Origin: Candidatus Bathyarchaeota archaeon
Lineage (GTDB): Archaea; Thermoproteota; Bathyarchaeia; Bathyarchaeales; Bathycorpusculaceae
Reading direction: 5' to 3'
DNA length: 64,000 nucleotides
NCBI GenBank assembly: GCA_963815095.1
Contig: CAWFFH010000004.1
Coordinates: forward strand, 64,001-128,000
Below, one piece after another: positions 36,388-46,212 of the stretch (within the stretch, counting starts at the first letter, position 1; each line of letters starts with the position of its first letter). The notes below the pieces were generated by a model, which was given only the letters and a program-made list of their open reading frames with translations, searched no databases and was not told the origin of the DNA. Both the position numbers and the translations under genes were made by a program.

Positions 36388-37659
36388 ATGGTTAAGTCAT
36401 CTGTAATTTCAGGCTTCTATAAGCTTTCGCCCAAAGAGCGGTTAGCAATCATTAAAGATTTTGCAGGTTTATCCGACGAAGAAGTTCGTTTACTTGAGAA
36501 TACTGGTTCTTTGCCAATGGATGTGGCGGACCACATGGTCGAAAACGTCATCGGAGTCTTTCCTGAACCCATGGGCATCGGCGTTAACTTCCAAATAAAC
36601 GGCAAAGACTACCTCATTCCCATGGCGACTGAAGAACCAAGCGTAATTGCAGCCGCCAGCTACGCCGCAAAAATGGTTCGAGACGGAGGCGGATTCCACA
36701 CCAGCAGCACTGCACCAGTTATGATTGGGCAAATCCAACTTGTCAATCTCAAAGACGCAAAAGTTGCAAAAAAACAGGTTTTAGATGCCAAAACCGAATT
36801 GCTCAAAAAAGCAAACGACCAAGACCCCATCCTCAACTCATTTGGCGGAGGAGCTAAAGACCTCGACGCTCGAGTTATCGATACAACCATGGGGCAAATG
36901 CTCATCATTCACTTGTTTGTAGATTGCCGAGACGCAATGGGTGCGAACGCAGTAAACACGATGGCAGAAGCCGTTTCACCCATGATTGAGCAACTAACTG
37001 GCGGACACGTTTACCTAAGGATAATCTCCAACTTGGCCGTAAAACGCCTCGCAAAAGCTACCTGTAAAGTTCCCAAAGAAGCAGTAGGCGGCGAAGCAGT
37101 TGTAGACGGCATCACATACGCATCCGCATTCGCAGCCGCAGACCCCTACCGCGCAGCAACTCATAACAAAGGCGCCATGAACGGCATAATCGCCGTGGTT
37201 TTAGCCACAGGCAACGACCACCGCGCCATCGAAGCAGGCGGACATGCTTATGCAGCATTCAATGGACCATACACCTCTTTCTCAAAATGGGTAAAAAACA
37301 AAAACGGCGACTTAGAAGGCACAATCGAGCTTCCCATGGCCATTGGCTTAATCGGCGGCGCAGTAAAAACCCACCCAATTGCGCGAATCGCTATGAAAAT
37401 TCTCAACGTTGAATCCGCTAACGAGTTTGGCGAAGTTTTAGCGGCTGTTGGCTTAGCCCAAAACCTCGGCGCCCTCCGCGCATTATCTAGTGAGGGCATC
37501 CAGCGAGGACACATGTCATTGCATGCCCGAAACATAGCTGTTACTGCAGGGGCCAAAGACGCCCAAATCGACGTGGTTGCGGAACGGATGGTTAAGGAAC
37601 GCAAAGTCAGAGTGGACCGTGCCAAAGAAATTCTCGAAGAACTAACAAAAAAACAATAG
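36388..37659 (+). CDS. mvaA: HMG-CoA reductase, class II
   Basis: ENVIG, PMATEEPSV, DAMGAN, THNKG and GIQRGHMSLH motifs. Confidence 0.93.
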   Translation: MVKSSVISGFYKLSPKERLAIIKDFAGLSDEEVRLLENTGSLPMDVADHMVENVIGVFPEPMGIGVNFQINGKDYLIPMATEEPSVIAAASYAAKMVRDGGGFHTSSTAPVMIGQIQLVNLKDAKVAKKQVLDAKTELLKKANDQDPILNSFGGGAKDLDARVIDTTMGQMLIIHLFVDCRDAMGANAVNTMAEAVSPMIEQLTGGHVYLRIISNLAVKRLAKATCKVPKEAVGGEAVVDGITYASAFAAADPYRAATHNKGAMNGIIAVVLATGNDHRAIEAGGHAYAAFNGPYTSFSKWVKNKNGDLEGTIELPMAIGLIGGAVKTHPIARIAMKILNVESANEFGEVLAAVGLAQNLGALRALSSEGIQRGHMSLHARNIAVTAGAKDAQIDVVAERMVKERKVRVDRAKEILEELTKKQ

Positions 37660-37837
37660 ATATTCCCTACTTTTCCCTTTCTTGCTGTATTTTTTACAAA
37701 CATACTAAACTTTCCCCTATCTTTCAAAATCGACCTACAATTTGAATCCTAATAGACCGCAAATAGCGAATAATTAGCCCCAAATGGTAAAGCAAGTTCG
37801 CGGGAAATTAAGCTGAAGATTAATTCACGTTAAATAT

Positions 37838-38353
37838 TTACTGTCTCATTCTTTCCCACTCGGAAAATATTTCCATTTTGGCGATTTCTGCACCCTTCTG
37901 CTTTCTCTTGGAATTAATATCTAAACCAATCATCAATAGGAAAGGTACTGACAAATAAAATCCTGCCAATATGGGATTTTCGAGAACGGTTGCTGCTCCC
38001 AATATCTGCTCAATTCGGATTCCTGCAAGCGTTTGAAGGATATCAGCCATGAAAAAAGCTAACAAAGTTAACGTTAAGACGACAGCATATTGGATGAGAG
38101 TGCTTCTTTGTTTTCCTAATATAGCTGAAGGTATGACTGATGATAGTACGAAAATCCATGTAAAAGCGTAAACAAAAACTATGGTTTGAATATTGGAATT
38201 CAACCATGAACTAACAGTTGGCCAAAACGAAATGATGTTTGATGCAATTGATTTGACAGCGGTGTCAGTGAAAAGTTGGTAGCTGACAGTGAGGACCCAT
38301 GATATAGCAAGGTATGTTGGGGCTAATAATGCAGCTCTCATATTCAATGCCAA
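37838..38353 (-). CDS. Hypothetical membrane protein
   Basis: Four TM helices. Confidence 0.7.
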   Translation of the reverse strand: MALNMRAALLAPTYLAISWVLTVSYQLFTDTAVKSIASNIISFWPTVSSWLNSNIQTIVFVYAFTWIFVLSSVIPSAILGKQRSTLIQYAVVLTLTLLAFFMADILQTLAGIRIEQILGAATVLENPILAGFYLSVPFLLMIGLDINSKRKQKGAEIAKMEIFSEWERMRQ

Positions 38354-38618
38354 GACTTAATATATAGTATAGACTTAATTAAGTCTTTATGCATCAAAGA
38401 AATTTGACAATGATTACGCCTCGAGGTTAACATCATAAATTGCGAATGAACTCTATCCCGCCACACTAATAATCATCAACGAATTTTCAACATTAACTGA
38501 GAATTATATTAGAATTCCCTTGAAAATTATATTAACTCGCGCTTCGCGAGCAGTTCCATTTTGTGGATTCCTCCATTGGAAAACTTTAGCTTGAAAATGA
38601 ATACAAGTAATTATAACC

Positions 38619-39170
38619 TTAGTTTAGTCCATTTATATTTGTGTCTTTAATGTTAAATTCTATGTGGTAGGTTTGATTTTCAATAATTGTCGTATAAACA
38701 ATTCTAACTGGCCACATAAGAACTCTATCTATGTAAAACGTTGCGTTAATTAGATCGTTGGTGTAGTCGTAGGTAATGCAATCTCGGCTTCCTAAGTTTC
38801 TGACGGTTATTTTCGTGTTATAAGTGCCTGCAAGTGTTTCACCTTTAGGCTGAAAGTTGATGTTTGTTTTATTGACCCATAAGGTAGTCTGGTCGGATAA
38901 TGTTGGTGCAAAAGATGTTGCAATTGATGAATTAGTCTTAATTTGCGCGTGAGTGGCGTTTAAGTTAGTAACTTGTATTGTTTCGTTTATGCTAACCGGT
39001 ATAGAGGGGGAGTCTATTTGGCCTTTATATGTTGCGTATGCTCCTTTAAACATCCAAAGCTGAGCCTTGCTTTGCTGGGTATTATCCACAGATTGACATC
39101 CGATTATTAAAACTGAAATTGAAATGACTAAAACGATAATTAATCCAACAATTATCCAACTTTTTCTCAT
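38619..39170 (-). CDS. Secreted/membrane-anchored hypothetical protein
   Basis: N-terminal hydrophobic helix; WMFKGAYATY; many NxT sequons. Confidence 0.7.
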   Translation of the reverse strand: MRKSWIIVGLIIVLVISISVLIIGCQSVDNTQQSKAQLWMFKGAYATYKGQIDSPSIPVSINETIQVTNLNATHAQIKTNSSIATSFAPTLSDQTTLWVNKTNINFQPKGETLAGTYNTKITVRNLGSRDCITYDYTNDLINATFYIDRVLMWPVRIVYTTIIENQTYHIEFNIKDTNINGLN

Positions 39171-39345
39171 ACTTAGCTAAGGAATGAATTGTGTAAAAAA
39201 GGGTTATCATGTTAGACAACTTTTCCTAACCTCAGCGCACGGTGCAGATCCAGAAACCTCACAAACCAACTAACGCATCAATTTCTATGTGTCTTCAAAA
39301 AATTATTTTGTAAAAATAAGGGATAATTATTGGTTTTGCTGCCCA

Positions 39346-39981
39346 CTAAGCAAGTGGCTTTTGGTCTTTGACTCTTCTTTTTTCCCATAGGTGGCGAATT
39401 GATCGCTGAAATAATGGAATTAACCAAATTACGAAGGTTAGATGAAAGTAAGCGTTGTTTCCAATGGGAATAACTATGCTCCAAAAGATTGGTATTACTG
39501 AGATAACGAAGATAGCGGCACCAATTAAAAGCGAATTTCGCTTTAGCTTATAATGTCGTTGAATATCCAGCGTCTTGCTCTTCGATACAATGTTCGATAG
39601 GTATGCTTGAACCAAGAATAACCCTCCAAGGTCAAAAGCGTACAGTACTGAAACATACTGAGTATTGATTACGCCGTTAAATAATTGGTTGAATAGATAT
39701 GGCTCAATAGAAACCAAAAAGAGAAGCATTATGTTGAGATAAAGTGTAGTTTTTGTTTCAATGTGCAGATTTGCCATTAGGCCAGTATATCCGAACCAGA
39801 CGTTTATGATAATGAGGAAACTAAACGCATAATATAGAATGGATAGAATCAGGCTGAGCACATTGGTTGGGGGCTGTCCAATTAACGTTAGGGCACCTAT
39901 GGAGAGGGCTAAACCGAAAATTAAATCTGAGAGCGATTCTACGCGGGATTTTGGTGTTAGCCGCTCTTTCACTTCAGCCAT
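39346..39981 (-). CDS. TMEM175-family potassium channel-like protein
   Basis: RVESLSDLIFGLALSI (variant of RxxxFSD); six TM helices. Confidence 0.8.
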   Translation of the reverse strand: MAEVKERLTPKSRVESLSDLIFGLALSIGALTLIGQPPTNVLSLILSILYYAFSFLIIINVWFGYTGLMANLHIETKTTLYLNIMLLFLVSIEPYLFNQLFNGVINTQYVSVLYAFDLGGLFLVQAYLSNIVSKSKTLDIQRHYKLKRNSLLIGAAIFVISVIPIFWSIVIPIGNNAYFHLTFVIWLIPLFQRSIRHLWEKRRVKDQKPLA

Positions 39982-40491
39982 AGTATGCTCAGCAATTATC
40001 TTTTAGCCGGTCAAACCTTATATTATTAGTGTTTACTGGATTTTTCGCTATTAAGGAGCCTTCTTATAATTCAAATCCAGAATTCGTTAAAGAATTGATT
40101 TAAAGTAGGTTATTTTTGGTTTATTCTTACGTTGTTTTCTTTTTGGCATAATTAGTTTGTCGGTTTTTTTAATTTTTTTTGTAGCAATTTATTAGATCTG
40201 TCCAGATGTAGCATTCGTTAGGCGTGTTTGCGCCTTTGGGTAGGGTTGATAGATATCCAAAGTAATGTTTACATTCTTCAGTCTGGTTGTTCTGGGGGTC
40301 TGGTTTTTTTTGGTACGTCATTTCTTTTCACCCGAAATCTTTATTTGCACTTCGCTATCTTCTATATTAAACATTACGATTTAATAATGTACAGGGCTGA
40401 TTGTACAACTGCAGGACATACATCAACAAAAAAGATTTTAGACACAAATTCCCCAAGAAATACAGCCCAAAAGAAAAAAAATTATGAAAAA

Positions 40492-41187
40492 TTATTCCAG
40501 TATTATGCGTGCATCAACTGTTTTTGCGCCATTGGGGTAAGCCAATACTGGGTTTAAGTCGAGTTCTTTAATTTCTGGATTATCCATAACCATGCTTGAG
40601 ACGCTGCAAAGTATGTTGACCAATGCATCAATGTCTGCTAGAGGTGTGTTCCTATAACCATTCAACAACGGAAAAGCTTTGAGTTGCGTAATCATCTCTT
40701 TTGCATCATCAGCAGTTACGGGTGCAACACGGAAGTTTACATCCTTTAGCAGCTCAACAAATATGCCGCCTAAACCGAACATTACGGTTTGCCCGAATTG
40801 GGGATCTTTGATTGCGCCCACTATGACTTCGGTTGATTGAGGCGCCATCTCCTGCACCAATACTCCAACGATTTTTGCGTCAGCTTTGTACTTCTTTACG
40901 TTTTCGATTATTTTACTGTAACCAGCAGCTACATCGGCTGCATTTTTGAGGTTAACTAGCACTCCTCCAGCGTCGGATTTGTGAATGATGTCTGGGGAGA
41001 CAATTTTTAAGACGATGGGGTAGCCTATTTGATCCGCGTATTTTGCCGCTTCTTTTTCGGTTTTTGCGAGGTTAAACTTTGTAATTGGGATGCCGTATTC
41101 TGCGCAAATGGTTTTGGCTTCGGTTTCAAGAAGCGCCTTTCTGTTTTCTTTTTTGGCTTGGTTGATGATTTTTGCGGTTTGGTTCAA
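40492..41187 (-). CDS. ADP-forming acyl-CoA synthetase beta subunit (ATP-grasp)
   Basis: GYPIVLKIVSPDIIHKSDAGGV, FGLGGIFVE and LDLNPV motifs. Confidence 0.93.
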   Translation of the reverse strand: MNQTAKIINQAKKENRKALLETEAKTICAEYGIPITKFNLAKTEKEAAKYADQIGYPIVLKIVSPDIIHKSDAGGVLVNLKNAADVAAGYSKIIENVKKYKADAKIVGVLVQEMAPQSTEVIVGAIKDPQFGQTVMFGLGGIFVELLKDVNFRVAPVTADDAKEMITQLKAFPLLNGYRNTPLADIDALVNILCSVSSMVMDNPEIKELDLNPVLAYPNGAKTVDARIILE

Positions 41188-41306
41188 GTTTTATTCTTCC
41201 GTTAGCGTGTGTTAATGTCATGTTCCTTTGGTTTAAAAATCGTTTTGTTGTTTGTGGGGTGTTTTGTTGTGTTTTTGGTTGTTTGTAGTTGTGTTGAACA
41301 CACTAA

Positions 41307-41340
41307 CACTACGATGTAGTGAGACATAATACTTAATAGG
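41307..41340 (+). promoter_or_regulatory. Palindrome CACTAC-N3-GTAGTG next to the TATA-like box of the pilus operon
   Basis: Inverted repeat 41307-41321; AATACTTAATAGG at 41328-41340. Confidence 0.45.
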
Positions 41341-41374
41341 GCTGTCTTGTCAAAATTAGTTCAAGCGACCACAA

Positions 41375-43132
41375 ATGACAAAACTAAACCTCAAAGAAAA
41401 AATCGCGACAACAGCCGCCAAACTCCACAATTCCAGCAACACAATAAAACAAAGCCTCAAAAAAACCAAACCGCAACAAAACAACAAATCAAAAATCAAT
41501 GTGGGAAAAAACAAAAAAATTAAACTACCTAAACTTCTAAAATTTAAATTCAAAATCAACTTAAACCCCAAAAAGGAAAAACTCGAATCTGAAGCACCTT
41601 CAATACCCAAAAACTTGGGAAAAGATGCTAAAATAATTGATAAATATCCACTGTACGAACCTTTCGCTCAAGTGGCAATAATTCAAGACCCCAAAACAGG
41701 CGAACACAAATATGTCCTCGACGAGCTCCAACTTGACTCGATGGAACGCGGCATATACCACCGCATCCTTGAAATATTGCTCGCTGAAATCGAATCTCCC
41801 AAAGAAGAAATAACTGACCCCAGAAAGTTCTTTGCTCAAGAAGCCAAAAAAATCGTAGACAAATACCGAATCAGTCTAGGTTGGCTTCCTGATGTGTCAT
41901 GGTACAAAATCCTCTATCATGCCGAACGCGATTTGGTTGGGTTTGGAAAAATTGACCCCTTAATGCGGGATCCAAACATAGAAGACATTTCTTGCGATGG
42001 AGTAAACAAGCCAGTTTACATTTGGCATCGAAATTTTGAAAGCATAGAAACGAACTTGCAATTTGAAAGCGACGAAGACCTTGACAATCTTGTCGTAAAA
42101 CTTGTCCACATGGCAGGCAAACACGTCAGCAGCGCCTTCCCAATTGTAGACGCGTCTCTTCCAGGAAAACACCGACTTGCAGTAGCTTACAGAAGAGAAA
42201 TCACCCCATTCGGCACAGCCTTCACTATCCGAAAATTCCGCGAAGACCCATACTCGATTATTGACCTCATCAACATCGGCACATTCACTGAAGAAATGGC
42301 GGCGTACCTTTGGGTTTGCCTTGAAAACCGCGCCTCTGTCATGGTTCTAGGTGGTACAGCAGCAGGCAAAACCACCGCGCTAAACGCTTTAGGTTGCCTC
42401 ATCAAACCCGGCAGCAAAATCATGACTATCGAAGAAACCGCCGAACTTAACTTGTCACATGAAAACTGGGTTTCACTCATCTCCAGACAAAGTTATGGAT
42501 TGGGTGGCAGCACAGTAGGCGAAGTCGCCCTCTTTGACTTGGTGAAGACCTGCATGAGACATCGCCCCGACTTGATGATTGTGGGAGAGGTTCGAGGCCA
42601 AGAAGCATATGTTCTGTTCCAGGCTTTGGCAACGGGTCACGGTGGCATGTGCACAATGCACGCCGAAAACGTGCAATCAGCAGTTAGACGTCTCACCCAA
42701 AAACCCATGGATATTTCACCAGCCTACATTCCACTCATGAACATTGTTATGTCCGTACAGCGTGTACACTTAGTAAAGAACGGCGAAAAGAGAGCCTACC
42801 GCCGCGTCCTCTCAGTCAACGAAATTATCGATTCCGAAAAATTCGTAGAATCCTTCAAATGGGATCCCATTAAAGACCTGCAAATCAAAGACATGGAATC
42901 AAGCTTTCTACTCACCAACTTTTCAGAGCGCCTCGGCATAACACGTGACCAACTCATTGAAGAAATGAATCGGCGAACAGAAGTACTGCGCTGGATGCGC
43001 AAAGGCAATATTCGAAGCTACAAAGAAGTTGCTTCAATAATTGCAGAATACTACGCTAGACCCAAAGAATTCTACCGTAAAATAGCTGAAAGTGAGGAGG
43101 CTAAACCAGTTGCCGCTTCTAGAAAAATTTGA
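41375..43132 (+). CDS. Type IV pilus assembly ATPase (VirB11/ArlI-like)
   Basis: IEDISCDG, TIRKF, GGTAAGKTT, IEETAEL, GEVRG and TGHG motifs. Confidence 0.94.
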   Translation: MTKLNLKEKIATTAAKLHNSSNTIKQSLKKTKPQQNNKSKINVGKNKKIKLPKLLKFKFKINLNPKKEKLESEAPSIPKNLGKDAKIIDKYPLYEPFAQVAIIQDPKTGEHKYVLDELQLDSMERGIYHRILEILLAEIESPKEEITDPRKFFAQEAKKIVDKYRISLGWLPDVSWYKILYHAERDLVGFGKIDPLMRDPNIEDISCDGVNKPVYIWHRNFESIETNLQFESDEDLDNLVVKLVHMAGKHVSSAFPIVDASLPGKHRLAVAYRREITPFGTAFTIRKFREDPYSIIDLINIGTFTEEMAAYLWVCLENRASVMVLGGTAAGKTTALNALGCLIKPGSKIMTIEETAELNLSHENWVSLISRQSYGLGGSTVGEVALFDLVKTCMRHRPDLMIVGEVRGQEAYVLFQALATGHGGMCTMHAENVQSAVRRLTQKPMDISPAYIPLMNIVMSVQRVHLVKNGEKRAYRRVLSVNEIIDSEKFVESFKWDPIKDLQIKDMESSFLLTNFSERLGITRDQLIEEMNRRTEVLRWMRKGNIRSYKEVASIIAEYYARPKEFYRKIAESEEAKPVAASRKI

Positions 43133-44831
43133 AGCTCTGTCGTTTCGCCTCTTCGGACGCGCGGCACCTTATTTACTGAAAAACGTCTTTCCAAAAACCA
43201 AAGGTGCCCTTGAAAAGGGAAGGGTGAGGATTTACCCCGAAACTTACGTTTCATTGATGTTTTTTGTTTCGTTGTTGACTGTTCCAGTTTCCGTTTTGGC
43301 AGGGGTAGTGGCTTTACTCTATGGTATTTTGCCTCTGTTGATCTTAGTTCCTCTTCCCTTGTTCATAATGGCCGGTTTCCTGGTGATTCCAATGAACAAT
43401 GCCAGTGAAAGATCTTCAGGCGTGGAACGCGAAATGCCTTTTGCGGCGGCCTACATCAGCGTTATGTCTTCTGGAGGCATAGCGCCCTACACCAGCTTCA
43501 AACGTTTAACTCAAGTGGATCTTATGCCGGCGATGAGTAAAGAGGCAAGGGACATAATCAAAGATGTAGAAATCTTCGGGACTGACCCTCTTACTGCTCT
43601 TGATAATGCCGCAAAAAGGACGCCGTTAGATATATTCAAGGACTTCTTGGGCGGCTACGCTTCAACTGTCATCATAGGCGGAGACATTGGCCACTACCTT
43701 GAACGTAAAGCAGAAGATATTTTCAGAACTCGTGCTTTGCGTGTTAAAGCAGCTGCTGAACGATTAGGTATGTTGCTGGAAACTTTCATAATCGTCATGG
43801 TTATGATGTCACTTTGTTTCTACATTCTGTTCGCTGTAAACGGCATCCAAAGCGGCGCCAACGCGAGCTCAGACATATCCCAGTATTCGGGTATCCTCAT
43901 GTATACCTACATCTTCACACCTATGCTCTCAATGCTTTTTGTTTACCTAGCACATAGTATGCAGCCTAAAACCCCGTTAGTAGATATGCGCCCCTACAAG
44001 GTTTTCGCTGTCTCAAGCGCAATAGCCATAGTAGTGTTCATGTTGCTTACCAATTTCATGGGCACAATGCAACTGCCGCTCTTCACAAGCTTGATAGCTT
44101 GGGGAGTCGATTTGCCGGTAGCCATAGCTGCTGCATTGTTCATTTCTGCAGCTCCCGCTGCGGTCGTACACATAAGATTAGCAAAAGCTAGAGCCAGCAT
44201 GGAAGAAGGCGTCGCAAATTTCCTGCGAGATCTGACTGAAGTCAGAAAAACAGGGCTCTCACCTGAAAAATGCATTGAAAACCTTTCTAAACGTGACTAC
44301 GGAACTTTCACTAAACAACTTAGAAAAATTAGCTCCGAAATTTCCTGGGGCATTCCAATAAAAAAAGTAATGTTCGATTTCCTACACCGTACAAGAAGTT
44401 GGATGGTGCAGATAGTCATGTTCCTGCTGGTTGAAACCATAGATGTTGGTGGCGGTACGATTCCCATGATCGAATCCTTAGCGCGCTTCAACAATTTGAC
44501 GCAAGAAGTTGAGAAAGAAAAGAAGATGTCGGTTCGCCCCTACGTTTTCATGCCGTACTTGGCCTCGATTTTGCTGGTGGCAACCACTATCATGATGATG
44601 GGCTTAACCACGGGAATAACCGTGCCGGGTGCAGCGCCAGCGGCGACAGATAATGGATTGATGACTACAGTATTCATGTCATCTGTTATCTTCAACAGCT
44701 TCCTAATTGGAATTGTTGCGGGAAAAATAAGCGAAGAATCCGTTGGAGCAGGTTTCAAGCATGCAGCCATCTTGGTGCTTATCTCGATAATAGCTGCCAA
44801 GGTAATTCCGATATTCGTTAAACTCGGATAA
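43092..44831 (+). CDS. Type IV pilus membrane platform protein (TadC/ArlJ-like)
   Basis: Two T2SSF-like repeats (EREMPFAAAYI; FLRDLTEVRKTGLSPE); KHA motif. Confidence 0.9.
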   Translation: MRRLNQLPLLEKFEALSFRLFGRAAPYLLKNVFPKTKGALEKGRVRIYPETYVSLMFFVSLLTVPVSVLAGVVALLYGILPLLILVPLPLFIMAGFLVIPMNNASERSSGVEREMPFAAAYISVMSSGGIAPYTSFKRLTQVDLMPAMSKEARDIIKDVEIFGTDPLTALDNAAKRTPLDIFKDFLGGYASTVIIGGDIGHYLERKAEDIFRTRALRVKAAAERLGMLLETFIIVMVMMSLCFYILFAVNGIQSGANASSDISQYSGILMYTYIFTPMLSMLFVYLAHSMQPKTPLVDMRPYKVFAVSSAIAIVVFMLLTNFMGTMQLPLFTSLIAWGVDLPVAIAAALFISAAPAAVVHIRLAKARASMEEGVANFLRDLTEVRKTGLSPEKCIENLSKRDYGTFTKQLRKISSEISWGIPIKKVMFDFLHRTRSWMVQIVMFLLVETIDVGGGTIPMIESLARFNNLTQEVEKEKKMSVRPYVFMPYLASILLVATTIMMMGLTTGITVPGAAPAATDNGLMTTVFMSSVIFNSFLIGIVAGKISEESVGAGFKHAAILVLISIIAAKVIPIFVKLG

Positions 44832-44837
44832 GGAGCG

Positions 44838-45716
44838 ATGAAGATGCGAAATAGTCACACAAGTTTACGGAAGGATAAGAGGGCAGCTAGCCCAGCTATC
44901 TCAACAGTCATATTGATGGCCGCTGCAGTCGTTATGATTCTGGTTGCGATGAGTTACGCGAACAATATCTTAAGCGCGAAAGTAGCCCAGAACGAGTACA
45001 ATGCAAACAAACAATTCCTTCAAACAACTGGGCAACAGATCGACGATATTGCTTGGACAGTTGGCCGTACACAAACAGTCAGTTTCTCAAGCAGGTATGG
45101 CTATGTAAAGTTCCAAGAAGTGGCGCTCGACTACAATTTCAGTGTCCACACTAGTTCAGGATGGAAATACCTAATATTATCTGGAAAAACGGGAATTATC
45201 CTCTATAACATGCCAGTAAGCTCTTATTCAATTGGTAACAATTACTTCGAACGCCTTCCCTCCAACGTCAATAGCTCATTTCTGCTGCCTGATTCCACCG
45301 CGCCAATAAGTCAAGTAGTATGTGAAGAAAAACTACCGATGAGCGATGGCAGCTTTACCCGAATCGCCCTAATCCCAACCATGAGAGTGCTTACTTCAAC
45401 GATAACTTCAACAACGGGAACAACAAATTACTTCAAATTTTATTTGCCTGACCTTGAAAATGGCACGAACCTTTACAGGTCCCAATCCATTACATTAACG
45501 GGGGATGGCATATCAAAAGTTACTGCAATTGGCGTCGACCAAGTACGTATAAGCGTTAGTTTTCCTAAGGCTGCGTCTCTTGGCTTTGACTCATCATTTT
45601 TCAATTTCAAAAGCAACACTGTAAATCTCAACAGCACTTCTACTCCGCAGATGACTCCAAACTCAGTTGTTGAATTTTACGTCGGAAAAGTGGTTGTTGC
45701 AATTGGACAGGTGTAA
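44838..45716 (+). CDS. Pilin-like protein with class III signal peptide
   Basis: RKDKRA/ASPAISTVIL followed by a hydrophobic helix. Confidence 0.8.
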   Translation: MKMRNSHTSLRKDKRAASPAISTVILMAAAVVMILVAMSYANNILSAKVAQNEYNANKQFLQTTGQQIDDIAWTVGRTQTVSFSSRYGYVKFQEVALDYNFSVHTSSGWKYLILSGKTGIILYNMPVSSYSIGNNYFERLPSNVNSSFLLPDSTAPISQVVCEEKLPMSDGSFTRIALIPTMRVLTSTITSTTGTTNYFKFYLPDLENGTNLYRSQSITLTGDGISKVTAIGVDQVRISVSFPKAASLGFDSSFFNFKSNTVNLNSTSTPQMTPNSVVEFYVGKVVVAIGQV

Positions 45717-45734
45717 TCTTAAGGAGGTTAAAGT

Positions 45735-46211
45735 ATGCCGCAGGTAGCACTCGAATACATGATTTTTGTTCCTGTCTTAATCTTGCAGATCTTCCTTTTT
45801 CCATTAACTGCTTCAATAATCATGAATACTTACGTAGATTCCCGTATGACAATTGAAATTCAGGAAGTAGCAGGGCACATGGCCAGTTCAATTCAGCAGC
45901 TTTACTATACCATTGACCATGGGTCAATATCTAACGGTTCTATGAAGATCATCTTAGATACTCCGCCCTTAATAGAAGGTTACGCCTATACAACGACACT
46001 TAGCCATGTAACGCAACAGGACACTTCTTACCAAATCATGAATGTTACACTCAAGCTTGTTGGCGCGAAAGATCAAGCTTCATCGATAGTGACACTTGGA
46101 AAAGATATTGATTGGCAAGAAAACCTGGCATTCAATAGTACCGCCCACTCACTCAGCATGGTGGCCACTAAAACAGCAAATTCCATTTGGCTGTCTTTTG
46201 GAGGAACATAG
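45735..46211 (+). CDS. Pilin-like protein without a basic leader
   Basis: MPQVALEY followed by a hydrophobic helix; SD AAGGAGG. Confidence 0.7.
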   Translation: MPQVALEYMIFVPVLILQIFLFPLTASIIMNTYVDSRMTIEIQEVAGHMASSIQQLYYTIDHGSISNGSMKIILDTPPLIEGYAYTTTLSHVTQQDTSYQIMNVTLKLVGAKDQASSIVTLGKDIDWQENLAFNSTAHSLSMVATKTANSIWLSFGGT

Positions 46212-46212
46212 G

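Noticed and set aside
38553-38584. ORB-like CTCCATTGGAAAAC suggesting a replication origin
   Set aside because: Single short match with no G-string, no inverted partner and no orc1/cdc6 gene in the window
39982-40491. Long AT-rich gap with a 109-aa plus-strand ORF
   Set aside because: No recognisable motifs, repeats or SD; probably non-coding
46096-46212. ORF-track start of the 446-aa pilus protein
   Set aside because: Overlaps the upstream gene by 116 nt; ATG 46213 has a strong SD
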